Assembly: GCF_000400465.1 (NCBI RefSeq)
Contig: NW_008806289.1
Coordinates: 180,001-242,000 of the forward strand
Length of the DNA stretch: 62,000 nt
Direction: 5' to 3'
Source of the DNA: Wallemia ichthyophaga EXF-994
Taxonomy: Eukaryota > Fungi > Basidiomycota
Below are positions 12,244-22,761 of the stretch, piece after piece; within the stretch, counting starts at the first letter, position 1, and the number at the start of each line of letters is the position of its first letter. The notes below the pieces were generated by a model. It saw only the letters and a list, made by a program, of their open reading frames with translations. It was not told the DNA's origin and searched no databases. A program made the position numbers and the translations under genes.

Positions 12244-13418
12244 TTAAGCTGCAGGCTTCTTTTTACTCCTACCCCACTTGACGCTTACAGGTTCGTTGCT
12301 AACGGTAAGGCCATTCTTTGAAATGGTTAGGGCTGCGGCTTCTGCTGCTTGCCTCGAAGTGAAATTGACAAAGCTGACTTTAGAGGTGGGGACTACGGTT
12401 GCTGACTTTATAGAATCAGCTGAGCCTCCAAATGCAGATCTCAGTTGATTTTCTGTAGTGCCTTCGGGTAGCTGAGAGCAGTACAGTGATAGCTGTGGTT
12501 GTTAGGTGAAATCCATCATAAAAGTAGACTGTAACGCACAATTTCAGGATCATCAGGCTTTTTTAAATCCAATTTAACATTCTTAATTGGGGGTGTAACC
12601 GGTGATGTAATTTGAGATAGTGATTGATTGTGATTTGAGGTAGAATTCTGATTCTTAGTTGGCTTGTAGTATGGTTCGTTCTTTGCAAGATCTTTAAGTA
12701 TTTTCTTTCCTGCGTTCTCTGCTCTCCCCAAGCCACCATCGACCATAGTAGAGTTGCCTTTGAGCTGAAAGGAGTGAGAAGGGATAGTCAAGTGGATATA
12801 AGACACACCTTATCCTCTTGATTCTGTGCAAAGTATTGTCTATTCAAATTATCAGTTGGAGCTTTTGATTGGATACCGAGTGCAGCATCACGGAGGTGAA
12901 CGGGTATTTTGTAAGTCTGAAAAGAGTAAGAGTGACTTGTAGCGGTTGATAGTGTAACTCACTAAATCTAGAATACAAGTTTGACAGCAGTGCTTCATCT
13001 TTGCGCATGTGTTACAGATTTCTGTCTTCTTGTATCTAGTACCAGCACCAGGGCACCAACTGAATAAAGTGAAAGGACGAACGCAGATTTTGCATTCTTT
13101 ACCGAAAGCTCTCTTTTGCATTCTAACGAAGCTAATTGAGTGGGTTAGAGGAGAGTATGTGTATGGTGAGTACTAACGGATTTGGGCCTAGACCTGAAAG
13201 GGGATTTTAAGCATAAAACAGTAAAACGATAAAGGAACTTACAATCATCGCAAAGGATTGGAAATTCTGACTAAGTGTTTCATTAGAAAGTGAGTTTAAG
13301 TTGAGAGCAGCGCACTTCTTCCCAACCAGATGCATTAACGTCTCTCTGTAGATGATAATGTTAGCATGAATAGAATATTTTTACACATGTTCCTTACTTT
13401 TGGACCATAGGAGGACAT
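12244..13418 (-). CDS. SLT11: Pre-mRNA splicing factor Slt11/Ecm2/RBM22 (multi-intron)
   Basis: Spliced MSSYGPK|[10 protein letters not shown]|SEFPILCDD|CLGPN|[21 protein letters not shown]...[24 protein letters not shown]-terminal RRM ends [14 protein letters not shown]. Confidence 0.9.
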
Positions 13419-13846
13419 TATGAGTGTATATGATAGAGAAGTGTGTTTTATTCAAAGGGATATAAATTATTGTACATGAATATCGTTTTATTTACACTTC
13501 CTATAAGAATATCCGTTAGCAACTTCTAAACAACTTCAACCAATCGACTTTTCAGTTAATTCTCAATTTAGCCAAAGTTATCCGCATATGCTTTAGCGCT
13601 AGGCAGGGGATGAAACATATAAAATAGCTTATTTCATCCTTTAAAGTCTAAATTGGTTGTACACTCTCACTCACATTAGGTATCGTGAATACAAGGGTGA
13701 AATCCTACTCGATCTCATTTTTGAGTCCAAGAAAATTTTCATATTAAAATAAATAATAATCATCATCATATAAATTCGTTAGTTGATATTAAAATGCTTA
13801 GTGGTATAGTTATTCTTCGCGTAGACGTTTATAGTCAACGCTAAAG

Positions 13847-14174
13847 TTATCCAACGACGACAACTCCTTGTTTCTCTGCTTTAATTGCATGAGTCTCATC
13901 GAAGAATGTTGTCGTATGACTTGAAACATGATCTGAGCTGTTTTCTCCTATTAAAAAGACGAATGAAAGACTCACCCACTCCTGACGAAATGCCTTGCTT
14001 TATCGTAGCTATGAAATGCATACCAGCGTGCACCTGGATACTCCCTCACTTGGTAAAGTGCTTTCTCACTTTGAAATCATCTTAGTAGACTAGATATACC
14101 ATTCATATCACTCACAGTCCGGGATATATTCCATTTTGCCTGCCTTTGTGAACTGCGTAGAAAACTATTTCCAT
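13847..14174 (-). CDS. Stand-alone RNase H1 N-terminal (hybrid-binding / Cauli_VI-like) domain microprotein
   Basis: ATG 14174 and a 47-nt intron (14115-14069, TACTAAG branch) give MEIVFYAVHKGRQNGIYPGLEKALYQVREYPGARWYAFHSYDKARHFVRSG. A second intron starts at 13975; its acceptor is ambiguous (13938 or 13933). Confidence 0.75.
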
Positions 14175-14308
14175 GAATACTGTTTTTGTCAAGTGACAGT
14201 TGCGGTTTAACGCCGCACCGCGTTTTTATCAACAGCAGCGTCATTTATGCACAATGACTGAATGTCCCCTTTCTGATATCTTATCTTTAAGTAGATCAAT
14301 GTTGATAT

Positions 14309-14360
14309 TCTTATTATTCTTATTATTCTTATCATTATTATCAATCTTATCATTCTTATT
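14309..14360. repeat. AT-rich (TTATTATTC/TTATCATTC)-like low-complexity tract
   Basis: ttcttattattcttattattcttatcattattatcaatcttatcattcttatt, read directly. Confidence 0.7.
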
Positions 14361-14496
14361 CAACTTTCTATATGTCTTGATTTAGCTGCGAAATCAGATA
14401 AAACACAACTATACGTATACTTTTAATTACATTCTTCTAATTTTCTCATCAAATATCACCATTTAATATACATCTACACCTCCTTAACTCACAACC

Positions 14497-14502
14497 ACGC
14501 GT
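14497..14502. promoter_or_regulatory. MCB-like element (ACGCGT) just upstream of RFA2
   Basis: ACGCGT ends 8 nt before the ATG. RPA genes are classic MBF targets in ascomycete yeasts. The hexamer also occurs by chance elsewhere in the window. Confidence 0.4.
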
Positions 14503-14510
14503 GTCCAGAT

Positions 14511-15568
14511 ATGAGTTCGTTACTCTTTTTATTTGACTGATTTGGTTAATTTCATCGACAGGCTACGACGATTACGGCAATTCAAGTAGGCCTTCCTTAC
14601 GCCGACTACTCTCCCTTCTAATCTTCTCCAAAAGACCCTTACTATGAAGATACCGGCGCAGGCGGCGGTGGCTTCTTATCGAATTCACAAGGCGGCGGAT
14701 ACAGCCAAGGAAGTCCTTCTGCCAACGTTAGTCGATTCCACTCACGTTGCTTCTTTTGACTTGAAATTCCCAGAGGAAGGACGATGATACTCTCAGACCA
14801 GTCACAATAAAACAAGTCCTCAACGCTAAGCAGCCTCATGCTGATTTCCCTTTTCAAATCGAAGGCCACGATGTTTCACACGTCAGTTGACTACTCACAC
14901 TCCCCTCCCTTCTCATTCTCTACAGGTTAAACTTGTCGCTCTGGTTAGATCTATTGGCTCACAAACTACGTCAGCCGTCTACTCGTTAGAAGACGCTACT
15001 GGCACTATTGATGTCAGATACTGGAAAGATGTTGAGTCTGAATCTGAAACCCCAGGGAGCGCTCATCAAAATCAATACGTGCGGGTCGTTGGTAGCTTGA
15101 AATCTTTCGCCAATAAGCTCCAAATCACCGCTCAAGTCGTAAAACCAATCACAGACTTCCATGAAATCTTCTACCATAAAGCTGAAGCTTTGGCTGTCAC
15201 TTTACAGCTCCGCAAAGGCACAAATACTCTCATGTCTGAATCAAAACCCTCAGCAACTTACGGTCAACAGAGCTCTTCCGAACCAAACTACATGAAACCA
15301 TATGCTGAGTTCCCACCGCTTCACAAATCCGTCATGAAAGCTATCTATGAAGAGTCAGATAAAAGTCCACAAGGTGTACATGTCGCCCGTATCGCTCAAC
15401 ATTGTCCAAAAGGCGATGAAGCTTTGACCGAAGCTATTGAGTATCTTATTAGTGAGGGTCACTTATTCACTGGGTACGTTACACAAGCTCTTTGCACGCA
15501 ATTTACTTTCTAACTTGCATCATAGCGAGGATGATGAGCACATATTGCCTGTAACCCATGATTCTTAG
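14511..15568 (+). CDS. RFA2: Replication protein A 32-kDa subunit
   Basis: Gly-rich N-terminus GGGGFLSNSQ, TLRPVTIKQV, OB-fold YSLEDATGTIDVRYW...YVRVVGSLKSF, C-terminal winged helix. 5 introns. Confidence 0.93.
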
Positions 15569-15617
15569 CAAATGCATTTGTAAAACATAATTTATCTAGT
15601 CAACTTGACTTGTAAAC

Positions 15618-17601
15618 CTAATCATCTGAATTGCCTTCATCGACACCTTCGTCAACATTCAATAGTTCAAACGCTGACCTGACGTTTCTGTCAGCAGGTG
15701 CTTCTGACTCTTCTTGTGGCTCTTCAGCCGCACTTTCATCGCTTTCTACCTCGTCATCCTCTTCTTCGGATGTATCATTCTGTGTTTCCGCAACAGAGTT
15801 GTTGTCCACAATGTAAATACCATTAGAATTATCCATCAATTCAATACCATTAGGAAGATATGCCCATTTGAATTGACTGGTTGTTATTTGGCGCAATATA
15901 AAGTTGCTCGCTCGATTCACATCTGGTCGACCAGCTTTAGCGGTCATATATCCTGCTCTGATTGAGTAACGTTCTAGTATCTCAAGGGTTTTCGTATTGC
16001 TATCCTCTCGTCTTGAGGTTCTAACCATACCTTCACGCCAAGTACGTTTATCTTCCTTTTCATCCTTCTGTAACACACTTTCTGGTGCTAAAGGAAGTAT
16101 ATTTTCCAATGGCATGCGCTGCCCAATTTCATACACTATGCGGCTAGGTTGACGTTCTTGCGATATTGGTACCGTTGATCCCAACACCTGCGCCCAGCGC
16201 GGTGTCGTCGATGGCCAAATCAATCCGGGACAATCAGCAAGCCTGACTTTGTTGGCCAAATAGAGCGTTTGAAAGTGCTTGGTTTTACCAGGAGTAGAAC
16301 TGGCTCTCACTTTTGAGCTTCCGAATAAACCGTTAATCACACTGCTTTTACCAACATTAGGCTGTCCGAGCAAACCGATGGTGAGAACGTCATCTTCTGT
16401 ACGTTCATTATTGGCATTTTCATCACCGTGTTCCTGCTCCTGCTCTTCTTCTTGCTCCTCCTGATCATCTGGAGAACCAACCTCCTCAAAAGCAACGTCG
16501 AAACCCTTTCTTTTTGGACCACCTTTCTTGTTTTCGGCTTGAACTCTACCTAACTTTCTGGCTTTGCGCTTTGCAACCTTGCTTGATGAATTCAAGGTAT
16601 CGCCTTGGTCAATATCAGGGTTTGTCGAGGCGTTTGGTTGGTTTGGATGCGCAGTTGTATCTATACGGTCTCTTATCTCCTTTGCTACATCCTCAAAATC
16701 AACATCCGGTACATTCTCACATGCAGACTTGAGTGAAGCGTGTGCAGTCGAGATAGCAGTGAGCAATTCTACCATGCTCTCGGGTTTGATGAATGGCTTA
16801 CGCCTGCCTTTCCCTTGTTCGCCTAAGACAACCTGATATGTGCTCAGCTTGACTATCTGATCAGTAGAGCTGAGTTGAGATTTGAGCCACGCTTCCCAAC
16901 AAGCGGCAGTGTCATCAGGTACCAAATCTACCTTTGTGAAGACATAGATGACTCTTTTATTTTGCTTCTCGGTAAGAAGATCTAAGTGTTTCTTTAATGA
17001 GTTTGTAAAGTGTATTGTAGGCAGACGAATGTCGATCAAAATCAACAAAACTTGAGACATTTCACATGTTCTCCAGCTTTCGTGTGTTAGCGGTTGGTAT
17101 TACTTAAACTTTAAAGTATACTTACAACTGCCTCCAAACTTCTATATTGCGCTCATAGACACCAACGTCCTGCTTTTGCAGCTTATCTAAAGCCTCGTCA
17201 TTGAATTTCAACCATCTCTTAAACTGAATGACTTCGTTAGTCTCTAACTCCTTTTTCGACATGTTGTAATTCCACTTTGGTCTTCTGAAGCAGCTGAGCT
17301 GCTGGTCGTCTGGATCTTGGCTCCAGATTGCGGCGTGAGTCGGTATAGGTCTGTGCCAATACCAACTATCAATCACCTCATTCTGATCGACGTATTCCTG
17401 GTTGGATGATCCCTGCCAAGTAGATTCAAGCTTCTCTGCAGCTTTCTTCTTCTTTCCTAGCTTTGGATCCAGATAAGCAGATCTCGAGAACTTTGGCAAC
17501 TGTGACTTCTTGGATATTTCAACATCCTCGCCTCTGTTCTGTGCCCTTTGCAATTTAAGTTTCTCGCTTTTCGCCTTGGCAGATTGTGGTGTACGCCTCA
17601 T
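15618..17601 (-). CDS. Circularly permuted GTPase, GNL1/Lsg1 family (GNL1-like)
   Basis: G4 TKVDLV precedes G1 GQPNVGKSS, then TPGKTKHFQT and G3 DCPG. N-terminus MRRTPQSAKAKSEKLK and RRPKWNY resemble GNL1. Confidence 0.85.
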
Positions 17602-17641
17602 TGTTAGCCAACAAGAATGATTTCACATGTTGGAGTGAACG

Positions 17642-19230
17642 ATGATCAGGAGTGCTTTCAAACGGCTGCTGGTCAAGCCAAATCTTAATCTAAACACTAG
17701 CAAGCAGCTCATTAGCATCAGGAAACCAACGCGCTTAGGCACAGACCAAGGAATAAACTTCCAACAACTCGATTGGCATAACAAGATCAAGCAAGAAATA
17801 AGCCATGTTTCTACGGATGTCATGGAATATACAAATGACAAGTTGTCCATAAATGAGGCTGACGGTTTCGAGGATAGTAGGAAACTGGTTCATGCGAATC
17901 GTCAGCTAGACGGTGTCAGATGGGTCAATGTTGAAGGCAGGAACTTACATCTATTGCGCGAGCTCGCTTTGAAGTACCAGCTTCATCCTTTGTCCATTGA
18001 GGATACGTTATATGGTGATTGTGCGACACGACCTAAGGCTGAATATTTTAGCAATGCGCTGTTCGTTACCCTACCTTTACATAGCTTGGGTGATACAAAT
18101 GGCAACGAACCTACTCATATGCAAAAGCTTTTCGACAATGCTCGCAAAGCTTCAAAGAAGCCAGAAATTTTTAACGACAAGGGTGAAGTGAGGATTGATG
18201 TACAGCTTTTGTCCTTGTTCTTGCTGAGAGATGGTTGGTTGAACTTTATTGTGGACACGCTGTCACTGATAAGCTCAATCCAGGAACTATCATTAGTATC
18301 TTTGAAAGACCACAGCCAAACGTGCTAGAGCCAGCTATCGCGAGAGTTAGACAGGAGGGAACAGTCGTTCGAGACTCAGCTGATGCATCAATGTTACTCC
18401 AAGCTTTACTCGACGTCGCGGTCGATCATGCAATCAGTGTTGTCGGCGCGCTGGAGAAAAAACTACTTCTGCTTGATCAGCAAGTCTTAGAAGTACCGAC
18501 AATGGAGACTATCAGATCGCTGCACAGACTACGCGGTCAGTTCTTGGAGTTGAAACGCACATTGACACCACTTCACAATTTGATTTACACGTTGAAAGAT
18601 TTAGACGGACAGAAAGCTGCCTTCACCACTGGTCAGCCTGGGAATCCATCAGAAGGGTTTATGAGCTTACAAGCTAGGACATATCTACAAGATGTAGCAG
18701 ACCACGTGTGAGTGGTGATGTTATTAAGTTCAAATGCTGACTGAGTCAACAGAGACTGGATACTCTCAGCATTAGACATGTTTTCGTCTCTTTCGGAGAA
18801 CCTCGTATCGCTCAGCTTCAACAGCAGCAGTTTCAAGCTGAATGAAACGATAAAAACGTTGACGGTGTTTAGTGTGATTTGTATGCCACTCTCACTCATT
18901 TCAAGCTACTTTGGGATGAACTTTGAAAAGTAAGTGACAGTAATGTGTTTTGACTCCGCTAACAAAGGCGAAGGTTCCCATCGCTAGCAAACGATGTCAA
19001 TTAGTAAGTATGTGGTATTTTGAATAGCCCATTTAACCTAGAAGTAGCTTCTGGAAGCTGGCTGTTCTCACATGCGTTGTGACCACAGTCGGGATCTATG
19101 CCCCGCAGCTCAAATCCAAGATGATTGCGCGTAGACTGATGCGCAATAGATCGCTGATGCTAAGAGCTGTGAGTTTGATATAAATGGAATCACACCTTTG
19201 ACCCTGTTTCAGAATCATAATGACATGTAG
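17642..19230 (+). CDS. CorA/ZntB-like transporter (multi-intron; 3' end uncertain, 19183 or 19230)
   Basis: VRWVNVEG, LHPLSIEDT, TYLQDVADH, KTLTVFSVICMPLSLISSYFGMNF. Basic amphipathic N-terminus. Confidence 0.85.
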
Positions 19231-19416
19231 TCGGCCAAGTGGATCATATCCGGGGACGATGATTTTAGAAGGAAAAGAAAGGAAAATACCAGTAAAATTA
19301 TTCACTTGGAATTTAATGTATGCCCATAAATATAACGATCATTTTTTGATATTTTTATTAGACTGAGGTGCGAAGGCCTCTGCTCTGAACTCGTTGCAAC
19401 TAAACGTTTATCCAAA

Positions 19417-20512
19417 ATGAGCGAGCAGCAGCAGGACATAGCTCAAAAAATAGCTGCGGCGAGGCATTTGTCTGAGGGCTTAAAGGATAAGATACGTGCT
19501 AAGAAGGAGCAGACGGCGGATAGCACTTGTGGGTGATTCGCACTGCCTTTGAGTGTGCTGACAAGTTATATTTAAAGTGCGAGCCATGGCCGCAGATATA
19601 GAACCACTGCCACGCGTAGTCATGAAACCAAGAAGAACTCTGAAAGGTCACCTCGCAAAGATATACGCAATGCACTGGTCTGCAGATAAAAGGCATTTGG
19701 TTTCAGCTTCACAGGACGGAAAATTAATAATCTGGGACGCTTACACAACTAATAAAGTCCACGCTATACCCTTAAGGTCTTCATGGGTTATGACATGTGC
19801 CTACGCACCTTCAGGCAACTTGGTTGCTTGTGGTGGATTAGATAATATCTGCTCAATTTACAATTTAAGGGGAAGAGACGGTAGCGTGAAAGTGTCCAGG
19901 GAGCTGCAAGCACACACTGGTTACCTCAGTTGCTGTAGATTCCTCAACGACAGACAGATTTTAACCAGTTCAGGCGATATGTCTTGCATGTTATGGGACA
20001 TTGAGTCTGGCGTCAGAATTCAAGAGTTCCACGACCACACTGGGGATGTAATGTCGATCAGTTTAGGTCCAAATCAGAATACTTTCGTTAGTGGTGCATG
20101 TGATGCCACAGCCAAGATTTGGGATATGAGATCAGGTAAAGCTGTACAAACGTTTACTGGTCATGAAAGTGATATTAATGCGGTGCAATTCTTCCCTAAT
20201 GGAGATGCGTTCGCCACAGGCTCAGATGATGCGACATGTCGTTTATTCGACTTACGAGCAGACAGAGAATTGAATCAATACAGTCATGATAATATTTTAT
20301 GCGGGGTAACATCGGTAGGATTCTCCAATAGTGGCAGAATATTATTCGCAGGTTACGACGACTACAACTGCAATGTTTGGGATACACTCAAGGGCGAGAG
20401 AGTTGGCGTGCTTTCTGGACACGAGAACAGGGTCTCGTGTCTGGGAGTGTCTGGGGACGGAATGGCATTATGTACAGGTAGCTGGGACAGCCTTTTGAAG
20501 ATATGGGCGTGA
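19417..20512 (+). CDS. GPB1: Heterotrimeric G-protein beta subunit
   Basis: [40 protein letters not shown]. 7 WD repeats and one intron. Confidence 0.97.
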
Positions 20513-20642
20513 TAAGATATTGAGTTATAGATACCCTTGAGAAAGAAATAAAATAAAATTAGGTTTACACTCATTAAATTTGATATTTTGATTAAATAAC
20601 AAACTTTATATCTTTAAATGCATTACAAATATAATTTTCGAG

Positions 20643-20999
20643 TTAAACAGACTGAATGAGAGTTATGTTATCGCCTTTGAGGAGAATCCTACCGAGGCTG
20701 CTGTTTGGCTGTGATTGCTTTTTGTTGATGAAAACCTCTTCAACGTCATCGAGGATGAGGTTCATGTATTCGTCGAAACCAATGATACGGCCTTGTAACC
20801 TGCAATCAACGTTATCGTACAGCCAGACAGATACCTTGGTTCGCTGGAGATTTTTAATGTGCATTTCAATGAATAAAGATAGCTCACCTGCTGAAGATAC
20901 TTGAATATAACATTCTGTTGGAATTGTTAGACAGGCATGAGTACCAGGTAGAGGACTGACGATTGGCTGAATCATAACTTGCTGCTTGCGTCCAGACAT
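20643..20999 (-). CDS. SME1: Sm core protein E
   Basis: VMIQPI|...|VSVWLYDN...[20 protein letters not shown]...[15 protein letters not shown]. Confidence 0.93.
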   Translation of the reverse strand: MSGRKQQVMIQPIVSPLPGTHACLTIPTECYIQVSSAGELSLFIEMHIKNLQRTKVSVWLYDNVDCRLQGRIIGFDEYMNLILDDVEEVFINKKQSQPNSSLGRILLKGDNITLIQSV

Positions 21000-21069
21000 T
21001 TTGAATTATAAACTAAACCAATTGGTCGTTGCTGTAGAACCTAGAAGCGGTACAATACAAACGACCATC

Positions 21070-21531
21070 ATGGCTTCAAATATTAGAAATCTAAAATCAT
21101 CCAACTCAAACAAATTATCACAGTCTTTTATCCCACAAATCACCAAATTCACTTTGGCTGTCGACGATTTCGCACCTTCCCATGAAGCTTTAAGAAAGTT
21201 TATACAGAGCGATCTAATTGATATCGCCAATAAAAACAAAAACGTAGAATTCATTATACAAGGCGTTGCAAAAGGTGCGAGGGGCTCCTTGGGCGTCGGT
21301 AACGGTGGTTGGATCAAAGGGGAGTACATCAACGGTAGGGATAAAGTAATTGCCACGAATAGGCTAAATCACCAATCTATCAAAACTAAAGTTCAGCTCC
21401 TGATTGATAGCTCCGGAAAGAAGATTGTTCCACTTAAAAATGCTCCAATTGAATCTACAAATCAATCTGTTAGAGGTATCTGGTCCCCATACCATGCAAA
21501 TCAAAATTCATCATCTCACTGGAAAATTTAA
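21070..21531 (+). CDS. MRPL51: Mitochondrial large-subunit ribosomal protein mL43
   Basis: FIPQITKFTL...SHEALRKFI, KGEYINGRDKVI, SIRG-type SVRGIWSPYH. Basic presequence from ATG 21070. Confidence 0.8.
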   Translation: MASNIRNLKSSNSNKLSQSFIPQITKFTLAVDDFAPSHEALRKFIQSDLIDIANKNKNVEFIIQGVAKGARGSLGVGNGGWIKGEYINGRDKVIATNRLNHQSIKTKVQLLIDSSGKKIVPLKNAPIESTNQSVRGIWSPYHANQNSSSHWKI

Positions 21532-22066
21532 CACACTTCATCATCATTTTTGTACTAATAGATTGATACTATCCCTATATACTCTGCGTGGCATCCTCGC
21601 CAAGTCCTCCACCCGACGACAGAACAAAAGCTTTGAATGTCAAAGATTGATGTTTAGAGTTCAAAGTGTCTATCCTGACTGGCGTTGCGTAGCGCTCTGC
21701 AATTTTTAAACTAGTTTTGGTATGTTTCAGGGAGCGTGATTTGGAAAATAAACATAGACAATCCTACTATCTTGACTTCTGGGACTATAACGCATATTCA
21801 ATTATCATTCCAACCCGATTATTTAGATTTTCAAAATTTACTGGTCAGGAGCCAAATCTCAAATTGGGGGTTTAGGCTAACCCCCCTTTTTTCTATGCCG
21901 AGATTTCGTTTAGAAAGCATGAAGGGAGGTGGAATGGTGATAGTATCATCCTGGCGCCATTATCGAGTCTTGTGGAAGCCGCCAAGGCCGACATGTCTGA
22001 ATAGACAAAAAGCGTTCTGAAGGGTATATACTTGTGCTATTTGGGTGATTGCAGTCTCATTAAAAT

Positions 22067-22425
22067 CTGGCAATATCACATTCTTACCAGCTATACCTAC
22101 CCATCAAGTCGTTTTCTTTGGAGATTATCAAAAGTCCTATATCATCATGTGAGATAAGATAGGTGGTCGAGAATAATTCCGAGTTGGTGGAAATTGAGCG
22201 GAGGGTTGAGCGAAAATATACTCAGATATATAAAAGTGGCATAAAAATGATGGTTTTGCTAAATCTTTCAATTGTCAGTATATGGTGTCCCTGCGTTCGT
22301 CTTCTCGCTCACTTGGTCATTTTTATGGTGCCTTGAGCATATTTGATTCAATAATATAATTCAAACTGCTGTTATTCAGTTTTTCAAATCGCCTTGTCTT
22401 GTACCAAACTCGTCCTGAAGTCATC
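22067..22425 (-). repeat. Copy A of a diverged inverted duplicate (intron-bearing relic or orphan gene)
   Basis: Colinear shared blocks with 33377-33753(+): GATGAC.TCAGGACGAGT, TGCTCAAGGCACC.TAAA, AAGACGAACG, ATATACTGACAA, ACCACCTATCT.ATCTCA, GACTTTTGA, TTGCCAG. Confidence 0.75.
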
Positions 22426-22761
22426 TTGACTACGACCCTACCGTTTGCCTCTTGAGCCTTCTTTGTTAACATTCTACAAATGAGTCAAAAGGCTGTAGAT
22501 CAGCCTGCTATAAAGTCAGTGACTGGATGCTCATTTATTTCAAGAAAATCAAATCGAGTGAAACAATCACAGCGGAGATAGCTTTAGACATGCATAATTA
22601 ATCGCCAGGGTCCAGAAAGATGCGTTTCGCAATAACGAAAGCTCTTAGCAATCACCAGTAGCACTTTAGCACTCTGGAATGGGGAAAATCGTAGCAGAGC
22701 AGATCACAGGCCTTCACACCAATCAAACAAGTGTTAACGCTCTTTATGAGAAATTTATAGC

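Noticed and set aside
14082-14245. Out-of-frame upstream ATG ORF (~55 codons) overlapping the HBD exon on the minus strand
   Set aside because: No recognisable protein features, while the alternative frame matches a known domain; the ATG may lie outside the transcript.
20643-20999. ORF-track proteins with odd insertions (SmE, amine oxidase, kinase, LAM)
   Set aside because: These are read-through of stop-free short introns with clear GT/branch/AG signals, not novel domains.
21866-21886. TTAGG/CTAACCC telomere-like or telomerase-template-like words
   Set aside because: Less than one full repeat plus alignment region, and no other TER features; explained by the hairpin.
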